Below, piece after piece: positions 51,470-64,000 of a stretch of DNA of 64,000 bases. The notes below the pieces were generated by a model. That model worked only from the letters and a program-made list of their open reading frames with translations. It was not told the origin of the DNA and made no database searches. The position numbers were made by a program, and so were the translations under genes. Source of the DNA: Tubiluchus corallicola (lineage: Eukaryota > Animalia > Priapulida). The stretch covers positions 868,001 to 932,000 of the forward strand of contig JAQGDQ010000021.1 in assembly GCA_030141605.1 (NCBI GenBank). The letters are read 5' to 3'. Numbering within the stretch: the stretch's first letter is position 1; every line of letters begins with the position of its first letter.

Positions 51470-51713
51470 CAGGTAGTCGTCGCCGATTTACGACTATGCA
51501 ACTTCGACTATTCGACTTTACGACCCGACCACAGCGTTACCCAAAACTAATGATAACTCATCTTTCCTTTTCTTTTTAAGAAAATTAATTTTACTCACCA
51601 TCTGTTTCGATAAATTCATCCGCCACTAAACTTAAAACTTAGTGACCGCACACACACAGCACGGGACGCACCACTTGAACAAACGGGCCAAACATGGGCC
51701 TCAAGTCTACCTG
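51470..51713. mobile_element. Tigger/pogo-like MITE
   Basis: TA|CAGGTAG...CTACCTG|TA with repeated subterminal TTACGAC motifs. Confidence 0.55.
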
Positions 51714-51831
51714 TATAGTTAGTTTTCAATGGCGATGCCAATTAAGTAACCAGAGGTGCTGATTCATAACCGCAGAACAATTTGTTGTACAATGTGTTAA
51801 ATTTTAATATAGCTAGGTTTTGACACGAAAT

Positions 51832-51993
51832 CATAGGCGTACGGGAGAAAGTTTCACCGGGAGTAGGGGGAATTTGAGCTGAAAATTTTCCAAATTGCCG
51901 TAATCTGATGGGTGATTCCCAAACAACGTAATTCCCAAACAAACGGGTCACGTAATTTTACAGAATATAGACTATTTAAAGTGTTTAATATAT

Positions 51994-52083
<90 letters not shown>

Positions 52084-52647
52084 ACTCAACACATAGTAAT
52101 TCCACTATTAATAGTCATATATGCAAGAAGTACAAATTACAATACAATAACAACGCAATAACTAAAAAAGTCATGAGTCTAACAAGACACAAGCTAAAGT
52201 GGGTGTTTTCACTGAGCAAACATGCAAATTCTTTCAAACTTTTTGTGTAATGCCTCAGAAATTAAAAAAAAATAATGGTGACAGTTTATGTTTGCCTTAA
52301 GATGTTTATAACCTTGTCAGCTCATTAATGAGCATATACTTAAAAAATGTATAGAGGATTTATACGGTTTAGCGAACCAAAATTAATAGCAGGTACTACT
52401 GTATTATTAACTTCAAAATTTTTGAAACCTAAATACAATTCGTCGTACAAGAAACAGTTGAATTGCACCCAGCAATAAGAGGCGGTGCAGTAAACAATTT
52501 TTGAATACCGAAACCATAAATTTTGAAATTTCAAACAGAATTATCCGGCCTAAAAACAACTAGTTTTTGCGTTGAAAATGTACAATACGTTTGCCTTGGG
52601 AGGGGTGGGCACTACGCCCCCCCCCCGCGCCGCTTCGTACGCCTAGG
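51832..52647. mobile_element. Probable hAT-like non-autonomous element enclosing a long (TA)n tract (~51988-52078)
   Basis: CATAGGCGTACG...CGTACGCCTAGG inverted ends with G/C-run subterminal regions; no TSD recognised. Confidence 0.45.
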
Positions 52648-55600
52648 TACATGATGTCGTTATCTATATCTGATTCCAGCTATCGCATGATATCGCTTTC
52701 TCGCTGAATAAGCCTGAATTCAAAGATAACATGCCCGGCTTGTTTTACTATCCGTGCGGTTTGATCCATTCGTGTTATTGTGACCAATTAGATCAATTGC
52801 AGCATATTCATTACAACAAGCATTAAATACCAACGTATATTTGTCACTGAATATAGTCTATTCTGTACAAACAGTCTACAATAATGAGTGCATTAATACT
52901 AATAGGAACGGCGCATGCCAAAAAATTTCAAATTGAAATTTGTTGCATTACATAGTGCGGTTGCACTGAAGTTGATTTCAACTAATCATTTATTTTTAGA
53001 TTATTGCGGGCTGCACATACAATATTTGTTTCCCAGATATACATAAATTTCTCTGCTTGCTTGGCTAATCAGTCAGATACTGGTATGGCTTCCTCAGCTT
53101 ACATGCTGCCACGTCTAACAATAGGAAGCAAAATACCCGTGATTATGATTATGATCCTTCTATTCATGCCAGAAATGCAAAAAGCATTAAATTTGCATTT
53201 CATGCAAAAAAACATAATAATTTAGTTGAAACTGGCATCCCCAAATACATATTATCTGTACATATGTTTATTATGTGCTATTTAAATGTTTGCAATATGG
53301 AGAACTAACATCATTAATATGTGAATCTATCAAGATTTTTTACATATGATCATCAATATTTGAAAGGAATAAAACACAGAGTTAACGACTGACTTACAAT
53401 TTCTAACTATGCTTTGAAGTTTCCACGCACGTAAGGACTTCTTCAAAGCAAAAAACGTTATTTAAACATTTATATATGTGTTTGCGTTTTAAACTATTTG
53501 CAACCAAACAATTATTTTACGAATAGATGGAAATGTTGAAGAGTGTATAGTATACAGAGCCAATATACTCAATTTTATACAACAAATTTAACAAGTGTCG
53601 AAATCTACCAAGCCCAGCTCATTTTGGAGTCGTTGTAGCTCAAAAACTAACAGTTTTAAGCACAACATGAAATAATTTAATAATATTGCACAGCAGGCTT
53701 CCTTCCCATGATTCATTGAACAGGTGCTGCGGGTATACTCAGTATACTTAAACTCAACGTAAGCAAGAATATATGTAATCACTAATCAGCATCAGTTTTA
53801 CAGCTCGCTTGCTTGCGCGTTATTCGATAACTTCATAATGAATTAAAGCTTGTGAACATTATAAACCGACAATAAAATCAACATGATTCGTTATCACTGT
53901 AATAACAACGTCGTTTACGTAATTATGTTTTTCAGAATTGCGAGGAAAAGTTACATTAAAATTCCTATTATAAATCAGTAATTAATTACTGATACTAAAG
54001 AGGGCAGCACCAGCGCGGTAAACACTTATTATTTTAACGATATATTCTAATTAACAATCACGTGGTAATAGCCATTGACAAGAAAGAAATCACCGTTTTT
54101 AACATTTTGTTACCAATCAAAATAAACTATTTGGTCAAAAATTAATGAAAATGGATTTTTCAACACATTTGCATTTTTGCAGTCTGATGAAGATTGTAAT
54201 TGCACTCTTTGTGTCTCTCATGTATCCATTTTAACTTGTTTGTTATTGTGCATCTTCTATTGTTTTATGCATTTTTATTGAATATATTAGTGCTTTACAA
54301 AATAAAATAAAGATGAATAAATAAACATCAAAGAAGAAGTATTATAAATCTTAATGCACAACAACCATTCTATCTGTAGGCAAAACGGTCCTGAAAAAGC
54401 ATAGACTGCAAGAAATCGTTACAACGTTTAAAAGAAAGATAAAGCATTAGGGAAAATGGTAGAGTGTCTTCTGATCGTCCCATCTTAGTTGATACTATTC
54501 AATATTCAATAATATTGCAGTAAATAACGTTATTGAATGTTTTCAAAAATATAAACAGTTTCCTAAATGATTTTATTTCCTGTAATTACGCTAATGTACT
54601 TGTTATTCTTTTCGGTCTATTGGCCTCAGTTAAAGTAGATAGAAGTGCATATTTCATGCTGACTACACATGTATTTTCAAATAGTGAGCTTTGCAACAAG
54701 ATGGCACAAGACTCGCTCACTCATCGTTTGGCATGGCATGGTTTTCATGACATGGCTCCGTGAGAAAAACGATTGTTGGGAAGTAATAACACACAGCTCG
54801 CTCTTTATTCACGATTATATAAATAACAGTAATTCGATAAGGTGGTTCCACTAAGAGAGGGCAAAAGCTACAAATTGTGAACACTTGCCAATATAAGTCA
54901 CAAACTAGCCCCAGGAAAGCGCCTCGGAATAATTAATTGCTTCGTAAGCAGTGATTTTCATAGAAGCTTAGACGAGACTGAATAAATTTCGTGATAAATA
55001 ATCACTACGTTGGTTTTCTCGCCGTAAAAATAGCCTGCCGTTATTTATTAAACTATGAATCAACGACAATATGTCATCGGATGACGTTAACAAGTAATTT
55101 ATTACATTTAATAATCTCGGGAAAAATATATCACTATCACGGAAGGCAGACATTAAGTGCAACCAGTTAAGATAGCAATTAGTGTCTTTGAAACGAGAGC
55201 AATCCAATACACATTACATTCATACAGACATCCTTTTTCATTTATTAATCACAGATACTTATTAAGTTCCTTAACGCGACATCCTTTATTACATATACTA
55301 ATTAAATTAAACTGCAGTGCGAGTATTTTAATTATTATATAGCCCAATGAGAAGATGTAGTGACGATAGTATCATAATATTTCCCACAAGTTTACATACA
55401 CTGAAATATTTACGGAGTATGCTACAAAGTTACTTTAATATATACTTTTTAGTAAACCTTGCTAAACGACGGCGCTGTAAATGTTTGCATCATAAACCTA
55501 CCAACAAATATATCAGAGGTGGCGTCACCTGCTAAAATTTTCACTGAACTAACTAAAAACTATGGTATCTCTTCAGTAACAGCTTCAGGCAGCGGATGAC

Positions 55601-56595
55601 AGTGTATAAGATATTTAAACGAATGTGTTAATTTGAATGAAGATATTTCTCTTTTATGAGAAATAATTGTTAGCTTTGTATAAGTAATTCGATACAAATC
55701 ACCAATGAGAATATTGCAAATGCGAAAATTCTACGGACGGGTATCAGTAAGTTTGTCCTAACGCACAGTCTCTTGTCTGAATTTCCCTAAAATCGTCAGC
55801 AACACGAAACAAATAATCTGCTATTACTGTACAGGGTGACTCATAACATATTGTTAGGGAGGGAAGTACCAGTACAGAACAATTTATAAGTAGGCCTACT
55901 GCTCAATCATTTGCGAATCTATTCATAACCTCTACATTTAATATTAAAGACGAGGATGTTTCGAACGGTTTAAAATCTTGAAGGGTTTGATTGGAGCAGC
56001 GACCTGAAAACTCTAAGATTATTTTTTTCAATTGAACTGAACAACACGGAAATTCACTGGACCTCAACTCGCCAAGCACACTTCAGTTATCTTGAAGGCT
56101 AAGTGGTCGCCTTAAACAAGAGCGTGACACTGATCAGTAGTAAGTTCTTAAGAGACAAAGTTGTGAGACATCAGCAAGATGTGTTGGAGGATCTTGCGTT
56201 CTACAAGTCGCTGTACACATGATCATATCTCTCAAGACTGCAGACAGAGCGAGGTGTACGAGGCTTAAGCACTAAATTTTGGGGGCATAATACATTCACA
56301 ACTATATCAGCAACATTCTGTAATATTATTCGTTGCTTCTGAACCCCCTGGCAAAAGGTGATGTACCACCGTTTATAAGGTATGCGATAACTATTATTAA
56401 AAAACGTAATAGTCTCAACAGGTTTGTCTGGTGCATCTACAATAGAAGACATGACACAATTTTAAATTAAAATTCACATTTCAAATTGAGGTGCCAGTTC
56501 TATTTTCTAATATTTGCGGAAACAAAAGATCAACTGTACGCAAGTGACGTAAAGGCTGTTTCACACCAATTCAATAACCTATTAACAAACAAATT

Positions 56596-57240
56596 TAGGG
56601 AGAGCAGGGTGATATTTCATATCCTACACCACTTTGAAGTAAGGTAAAGTATACACTTTAACAATTATAATAATGCCAAAGTGTTTCCGATTATTAAATA
56701 ATATGTTAAAAACTCAATTAATGGCGGGCGAGCTCAACTAGTGACGACATCAAATTGAATATAACTTTCAACAGCACAACATTCCATCAGCGTGTTGTAC
56801 GTGGTTGCAAAAGCCAAACGTGAAGTACAGTGCTACTGTGCAACATTCAGTATGATATACAAAAACTCGGCAAATTCTAAGTGTAAAATTCAGGTTTCAT
56901 GTTTACCGTTGTGCTTATACATACACTCTCGAGCGTATGCACTACGTCACAACTAAACACCTCTGAACTAAGAGTTGCAGTACTTTTTTGTGCAATGAAA
57001 TTCTGAGATGCAGGTGCTAGCGCCTATCTAACTAGCAAATGACGAGATGTAACAGTGAAACGCGAAGCACAAGCCACGTGAATGCGAAATTAAATTTCTG
57101 TGATAATAACTCTTTAATAATTAAAATATATTGAATTAATAATTAAAACATTCTTGAAAAAATATTATGCTCCCTTTCAATATTTTATATGGCAGGTTGT
57201 TTTAAACTGTAGTTTAAAACGGTGTCCCGTTTTCCTTTAA
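56596..57240 (+). mobile_element. MITE family B copy
   Basis: Colinear with 25952-26532 and 27470-27960; ends GTCCCGTTTTCCTTTAA. Confidence 0.7.
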
Positions 57241-59954
57241 ATTTACAATTCCAATTCTGCTTCTGCTGAGCGAACGCGTTGGCAGGCTAAACCATGTTTT
57301 CTCTCCTATAGTAGAAGCCCTTGGGGAAGGATCAGTAACGCCATGTATCTGCGTGTTTTCCATCAAGATTAAGAAAAGGTAACGCGGCTTACACTCTGCT
57401 TTTAGAAGATAAACATTTTGCTTTGGCGTGAGCAGTGAAACATCAGATTACTGAAAAACAAGTCAATGATGTTTGGACATGTAGCAGGAAATACTTCTCA
57501 TTGACAACAGCAATAGCAAAAGCAAGAAACCCACTTAACCTCTAGGCTTCATCCTCGCAGAGCTTGATATAGTCGAATCCTTAACTGGGATCCATAAATT
57601 TCATCTCTTTGTGTGAATGGGCGTTTATTGGATTTTTGATTCGAGTGCAGATCATCTCCCCCCAATCAACCATTTACAGGGGACTACATTTTCCATTTTG
57701 TCTGAGGGTCTATACTAGATTGAGGTCCACTTGACCCTACTCTGTTTTTAATAATATCAAGTCCTGGAACTGTCACTGTGTTTCACTATCACTTGTTAGT
57801 TCCAAACGGGTTAATGTTGATGCAAAATCGAAATGGATATTGTATTGGCCAACTAAGGCACTCGTGCATTTCAGCAAGAGATTTTTTTTATTATTTAACA
57901 GTTACGTGACAAAATGTAAAGTGGATGAGTGGATACATAAAGAAATTAAGATTACCAACAAGTAATTAGTTTGTCACAAAAGCTGAAAATCACAAAAGAA
58001 ATCGTGACTCCAAACTAACCAGCTGGCACATTCACTATAAAAAACAATTTTTACGGATCACTAGAATGGAATCTGGAGAATTTTAAAAGATCGTAATTCA
58101 AAAAAGTGAGAATTATTATAGCGTTCTATGTTAAATATGTAAGATTTCTACATTTTTGCCTTGTTTAAGTGGCAGCATTAAAAGAAACTGCAAGTTGTTG
58201 TGAAAAGGAAATTAGCAGATGTGTATTTTTGAATATAAAAGAGCCTACAGACTACAATAACAACATAAATATGTTCACGTTAATCTAAAGATAACTACCA
58301 ATGCTGAATTTAAAATTGTGTTTTATCTGAATGTAAGAATTGCAAAAACACTTTTAAATTTATATAAAAATGCAGTAATAACTCACAACTGACGAACAAT
58401 ATTATTTAAAATACTACAGCACCCATGAATAAATTAAATAACTTGCAACACGCATTACACCTCACCTTAATATTTTTAAGTTATTGTTTATTCATAAAAT
58501 TTAGTTTCCTGTTAAAAAACACAAAGATCAAAAATCCCTGATAAAATGTGTAAATAATCAGAATTGCAATCATAACACTATATAGAGTTTGCTACAGATT
58601 CACTTACCACACAATGTAGAAAAGTAGCACCAGTGATAGAAGTGTAACAGAATGTAATTTATACAAAGCTCATATGCTTCAGAAATTCCTCAATATGAGT
58701 ACAAAACAGCGATTTCTATAATATACTACATATCGGATAAGTTGTGTGTACAAGCTCTAGTTACAAAGTACATGTTATAGGCCTAAACATTTATTTACAC
58801 AAGATGATTGTGTCAATCGAATACCTTGTTTCATCTATCAACAAAACACAAATGTGTGCTTTATTACATAGAGAAACAGCAAACTTTTTTAACAAAAAAT
58901 TGGTTGTGTACAGAACAGTTAAACATTTTAACAATTACAACTTAAAATAATGCTGTTATAAAATTTTAAATCATATTATAAAGTGACACGGTAGATTTCC
59001 TATTAAAGTAAAATAAAAAAATAGTAAGGTCATATATCTTTTAGATAAAAATATTTAAATAACTACTTGTTGTGCATGTTACTGTAAACAACAAGCCTGC
59101 TACGATTGTAAGGTAAGATCAAACAAAATGTATTGTTTACACTGCTATTTGAACAACTAATAAGGAAATTACCAATAATCAAAATGTCAATACTGTATAA
59201 AGTGAAAAATTGTACTTACATATGTGCATGATGATTTATTATTTACAAAGAAAACAATTACTGTTACTAATTATTTTCGACTAAACACTAATATGTCCAA
59301 CCACGATGAAACTAATTGCCACGAAATGCCAATTCGAAAACTGAAATTTCAGAATTAAATTACAGAAAGAAACTGATGAAACTTAATAGAAATTCAATTT
59401 AGTATATGTACAGATAATCAAATCAAAATGTAATTTCTAGCTGATAACTATTATTGGGCTAAATATTTTAAACTTTTAGCGAAACTTGTGCTAAGAGACT
59501 TATAAGCAGTTAATATTTAATGGAAGCCATTAGCTATGATACCAAGCTATGACAGGTCAATATTAATACTTCCAAATGGTGCTTTAGTTGTTTCTGTGTT
59601 TTTCTTGTAAAATTCGTTGCATAATGAATTATGCATCTGATTAACAAAAAGAAAATGTGGCTGCTTGTTTCATAAAATGGAATTGGCAACTATCTAACAT
59701 CAAATGAAAAACCTCAATGCCCATCTCAGGCAAAATCAGAAAAGTGCTTTATACTGAAACCTGGACAGAAGTGTTTTTGGTCGAAATTTTTGAATTTTAT
59801 TAATGACCAAACTATAAACAATAAATTATGGTTTTCATAAACTTAATCAGGTTTACTATTGCCCTTTTAAATGGATGTAATAAAACTACTGATTAGAATT
59901 ATCACAGTCTTGCGTGTTCAGTTTCAATACAAAATCAGAATCACAGAAAATGAA

Positions 59955-61637
59955 TTAAAAATTCTCTTTATTAAAATAGAAATGTGTACCGCCTTCATCG
60001 GCTGATGAATACTTGTTGCACATACTTCTCAATGTCTTACTTAGTAGCTTTGGACCACAGACAAATACACCAACACTTGCACCAGGATTAACAGCCGCCA
60101 CATTGCTGAAAATTAAATTCCAGTTGGGTCGTCCATAATGTGTCTTATGGCGCAAGTTTGTAAGAAGATCATACACACTCTGTTCATGTGATACTATATT
60201 TCTAACTAGACTTACATCCCAACCACGGGTAAGGTAAATATTGAATTCGATAAAACCCTGTGTTCGTTTTTCAGCCATTTGTCTTTCGAGTGATTTTAAC
60301 AAATCTGCAAACCATTCAAATGCATGCATATCTGGTGAAAGCCAGTAGAAATACACTTTTTTTAAATTAAGCTTAGTTCTTCCATTTGAACTGTTGTGCT
60401 TGTTCCAGATAGATTTTAGCACGGATGCAAATGGTGTAACACCAATACCAGCACCGACCAAGACTGCAACATTATAATCACCATGGAAGACATCTTCACT
60501 TGCTGTTCCAAATGGTCCATCTATTGCAATAGAAGGAAGCTCAGCTGGTGGTTCTGATGCATCAGTGCCACACAGTCTTGCAAGTCCGCTTGTCCAGTCA
60601 CCCACTATTCTGATATGAACAGAAATATGGTCATCTTCTGGACAAGATGTTAGTGTGAAAGGATGCCACTGAAAAAAGCCAACTTGACTGCATCGAATGA
60701 ACACATACTGACCAACTTCGGCACGAAATCCTTCTTTTTTCATTTGAATTTCGAATGTTCGTGATGGATGCTTAATCACTTTCAAAATTGTTACTTTCTG
60801 AAAGCTTCTGTATATACGAATGAGTCTTTCTATACAATATAAGATTATTGGACCCAAACACCACTTCCAAGATGCTGCTGGATTACCTACAAATGTTGGT
60901 AGTGGACACTCTCCAGTACCCCAAGTGCTCCACTGATCAGCACATGTTGCTGGATCGTGTTCATCTGTGTTATTCTGGTACTTCACCACACCTTGAATAC
61001 CATGCAGTAGTAAACCCACATAATATATTATAAATAGATGATGAGTGAACCAAAAGACTTCATAATATGAACGCCTTATCAGTGTAGTAGATGATGTTAC
61101 CATGAGAATCAAAGCAAGGGTGATAAAAAGTCCTGTTACTCCTGGAACAATCTTGAAAATTTCTTTTATAGCATCAGATCCCCTTTCTGAAACGGGATTT
61201 GGCCCACTTGGCATATTTGTTAATGTCAATATTACGTCATCTTCACTATCGTGAGCTTGGACAAACCGTTCCAAGTTATAGCAGTGAGCCGATACATGAA
61301 TTATTGTTAAAAGGCTAATAAAATAAGCTAAGTATCTATGCACTACTAAATTACGATCCAGCTGATGTCTAAAACTGCGCTTGCAGCAAGTGCTTGTACC
61401 TCTGATGAATGATAACAGATTTCTACACACGGGCAATAGCACCAAAAAACTGTTGAAGTTTAAAAGGTACGCCGCTGACCTTGCAAAAGGTAAACCATGT
61501 CCAATAATCAATCGCAAATAAACGTACTTTGGCGCCATGTAACTCACATATGTTTTCACAAACAGACCTACATTGACAGCTAACCACACAATGAACAGTA
61601 ACCAAGTGGGACCCTCGTTTCTAAGCCAATTTCCCAT
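59955..61637 (-). CDS. NOX2: NADPH oxidase catalytic subunit, NOX1/2/3 (gp91phox/CYBB-like), 560 aa, intronless
   Basis: N-terminus MGNWLRNEG (cf. human MGNWAVNEG); heme histidines in HRYLAY...IHVSAH and FWFTHHLF...LHG; FAD motif WHPFTLTS; NADPH motifs DGPFG, GAGIGVTPF, VFVCGP; C-terminus FNKENF; no EF-hands. ATG at 61637 (the track start is TTG). Confidence 0.97.
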   Translation of the reverse strand: MGNWLRNEGPTWLLFIVWLAVNVGLFVKTYVSYMAPKYVYLRLIIGHGLPFARSAAYLLNFNSFLVLLPVCRNLLSFIRGTSTCCKRSFRHQLDRNLVVHRYLAYFISLLTIIHVSAHCYNLERFVQAHDSEDDVILTLTNMPSGPNPVSERGSDAIKEIFKIVPGVTGLFITLALILMVTSSTTLIRRSYYEVFWFTHHLFIIYYVGLLLHGIQGVVKYQNNTDEHDPATCADQWSTWGTGECPLPTFVGNPAASWKWCLGPIILYCIERLIRIYRSFQKVTILKVIKHPSRTFEIQMKKEGFRAEVGQYVFIRCSQVGFFQWHPFTLTSCPEDDHISVHIRIVGDWTSGLARLCGTDASEPPAELPSIAIDGPFGTASEDVFHGDYNVAVLVGAGIGVTPFASVLKSIWNKHNSSNGRTKLNLKKVYFYWLSPDMHAFEWFADLLKSLERQMAEKRTQGFIEFNIYLTRGWDVSLVRNIVSHEQSVYDLLTNLRHKTHYGRPNWNLIFSNVAAVNPGASVGVFVCGPKLLSKTLRSMCNKYSSADEGGTHFYFNKENF

Positions 61638-63628
61638 TGTGCTCAAAGAACAGGCTTACGTTTCCCAGAAGATAAATCTTTCAACGAGAGCTTGTTGGGA
61701 AAGCATCTCCTTGATAAATGTTTCCGAAAACCACAGGTTTCTTGAGATAAAACACATCTCCATTCTTCATTTTAATAATAGTTCGAAGCTTATGCTGTTC
61801 GCAGGTTACCATTGCCAAATAAAGTTCCCTAGAAACAAAGACAAATATGTTTGCCGACTGAATCAAAATTTAACAAATAAAAATAACAATAATATTTAAA
61901 AATTGCGAAATTTTATCTACAAAAACGATTTAAACAAACAGAAGTGTCTACATTGCTAGAAAGTAAGCAACAACAATGAAATACAAACAAAAACTGAAGA
62001 GTAAATTAATAAGCAGAACGAGAAAATTAATGACAAAGTATCTAACTAAATTAAGAAAATTCGCTAAAGACAGCGAAACAGCGAAAAGAAAAACAGCATA
62101 CCCAGAAATGGTTAGCTTCGAACACAGAAAGAAGTCTTCAAGTGCTTTACAGTCATTATCCGTGTAGCAGTGCAGTTCCATGCACAGCACCAAGAAGTTA
62201 ACGAGAAGCTGTCAAAGCGTTCAGTTCGTGACCAAAGCTCACGCCAATCTCTGAGTAAACGTTTTCACTAGTTGCCCTTGTTAAGCCTTCAAACACCACG
62301 GAGGCTATTGAACATTGCACTTGCAATATGGCCTCTACAGCAAGAGGATGAGATCATATGTTAACACAAGGCAAAGTGGGCAACTAACTGAATCATTTCC
62401 GCTATGGTGCGCCACGCGTAAATAAAGATAAAGATCTTATTAGCTTAGATGACATTATCCTCTTCACTCAAATCCCACTGAAATGTCACAGCAGTTTATA
62501 AACTGTATATTTATTATCTACATTAAGTTCGATAATGCGTCTTGTTGATTATATACGTTTAAGTTAAACAGAAGGAAATGAATTACAAATCTCTACAAAT
62601 AAATTATCATTATCATTACGTGTAACAAATTTTACGGTTTGTTTATTGTTGTCTGCCATTTTTTACCTAGCCTAAGTTGTTCATCTGATGTGTTTACGTG
62701 GTAATAGTTACATTTTTCGGGTACGGTATCAGCAATTAATATAAATAAGAAGTGTGAAAATGATCAATTTTGTCCTATCTGGGTTTCGAAGCATTACCCT
62801 TTAAACGCAACGACGCAGTGTAGTTTAAAGATTATTCTTTAGACTGATTACTGCACTGCCGTAGTGGTGCATTAATGCATTAACTACTTATGTCACAGCC
62901 TCACAGAGGCATTAGCTAATTCGGTGTTGATATATCATCGAATTCCGTAACGAAATACCCAAGTGTATCTAAAAATAGTTCGGCAATTATTGTTCACCCT
63001 ATTACGATGCCACAACCAGAAGCAGCCATTCATTCATAAAAACGTAATGCTACGCGTGCTGCACTCGAAAATAATACCTTTTAATGCAAGGTCGTCGAGT
63101 ACGTAGCAATATAACACAACAAATAGGCTTTATTACTGTTTATTTGGCGAATTAATAAGTAATGAATCTTATATTGCACAGTTGTGTGAAAGTATGCATT
63201 ATTAATAAGCAAAGCGTATCTCAATAACGATGTTACTCAACATTGTGAGTGACTGGTGATATTGACTGGCGGCAATGATATTATTTATAGTATAGCAGCT
63301 GACGAATGGAAAACGGCGACATTAAAACGAATTTCTATAATGGCGACTAAAACGCAAAATTAAAATTATTCTGCTAAGATGCCGAAGAATATCCACTTTT
63401 CACGAAAAGTTTGCGAGCGGTTAGTATTCCTGAAACTTCAAAGCGATGTTCTCGAAAGAGACGTTTTCAAACAACACAATTTTCAAAGCCACCACCATCA
63501 CCCATCAGGTAAGTGCAGTGTTGGACTGATGGAAGGATTTTTCTGGTTGCTGTGGTTTTCAGGTAAGACACAAGAAAATGCCAATTCGTAACGGTAATAT
63601 TGTTTAGTTTAAACTTTATTTATTTATA

Positions 63629-64000
63629 GTGGATTTACAAAACAGACTGCGTAATATAAAAATAAATAATTCCTCAATTGAAATCACTCAGGAAATAAAA
63701 TTTTTCGGAATTATTCTAAATGAACACTTGGATTGGAAGCCACACATAGATATGATCAAGAGTAAAATTTCAAACAATATAGGTGTAATATGCAGGACTA
63801 AAAATTACTTTACCAAATTACATTTAATAACACAGTACAATTTGCTTAATGTTGTCATACTTCACATACTGTTGTACACCTTTGGGACATACATATGCAA
63901 CTAATATAAATAAACTACGAGTTATCTAAAGAAAATTTCTTAGAATCGGTTGTAAATTGTTGTAATCTTAGAACACAGTATCTTAGTTTAACGTGTTTCA
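63629..64000 (+). mobile_element. Decayed CR1/L2-group LINE ORF2 fragment (post-RT region)
   Basis: IKFFGIILNEHLDWKPHIDMIKSKISNNIGVICRTK matches the KFLG...L.WK.HI...K.SK.IG motif of LINE ORF2. Confidence 0.8.

Noticed and set aside
56020-57830. Coding-like patches (LQTERG, NIT-like; RPFT...CYCCCQ, scramblase-like)
   Set aside because: Only a few matching residues, with in-frame stops; not supportable without a search.
63379-63591. Plus-strand ORF with CAG|GTAAG donors, a possible divergent first exon
   Set aside because: No recognisable homology and adjacent to a LINE fragment.

Overview
AT-rich eukaryotic genomic DNA, probably from a bilaterian invertebrate (GT-AG splice sites, CTCF-like motifs, animal transposon types). 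There are two complete intronless genes: a small heat-shock/alpha-crystallin-domain gene (+, 15633-16130) and a NOX2/gp91phox-type NADPH oxidase (-, 59955-61637). Minus-strand exons at 41236-41320, 40329-40510 and 31579-31895 look like alternative 5' exons of a long gene. The 40329-40510 exon ends ...FTIRKQTSYR, which recalls the N-terminal segment ...LTFRKQVSYR of human diacylglycerol kinase iota. The gene body would lie left of the window, so the sHSP would be nested antisense in its intron. The rest is non-coding: three TTAA-flanked Kolobok-like MITE families, hAT-like and Tigger-like MITEs, LINE remnants, a Penelope-like remnant with hammerhead-like cores, a 5S-related SINE, minisatellites and microsatellites. 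All homology calls are from recall and by eye, not from database searches. Most short ORFs in the track are chance or repeat-derived.
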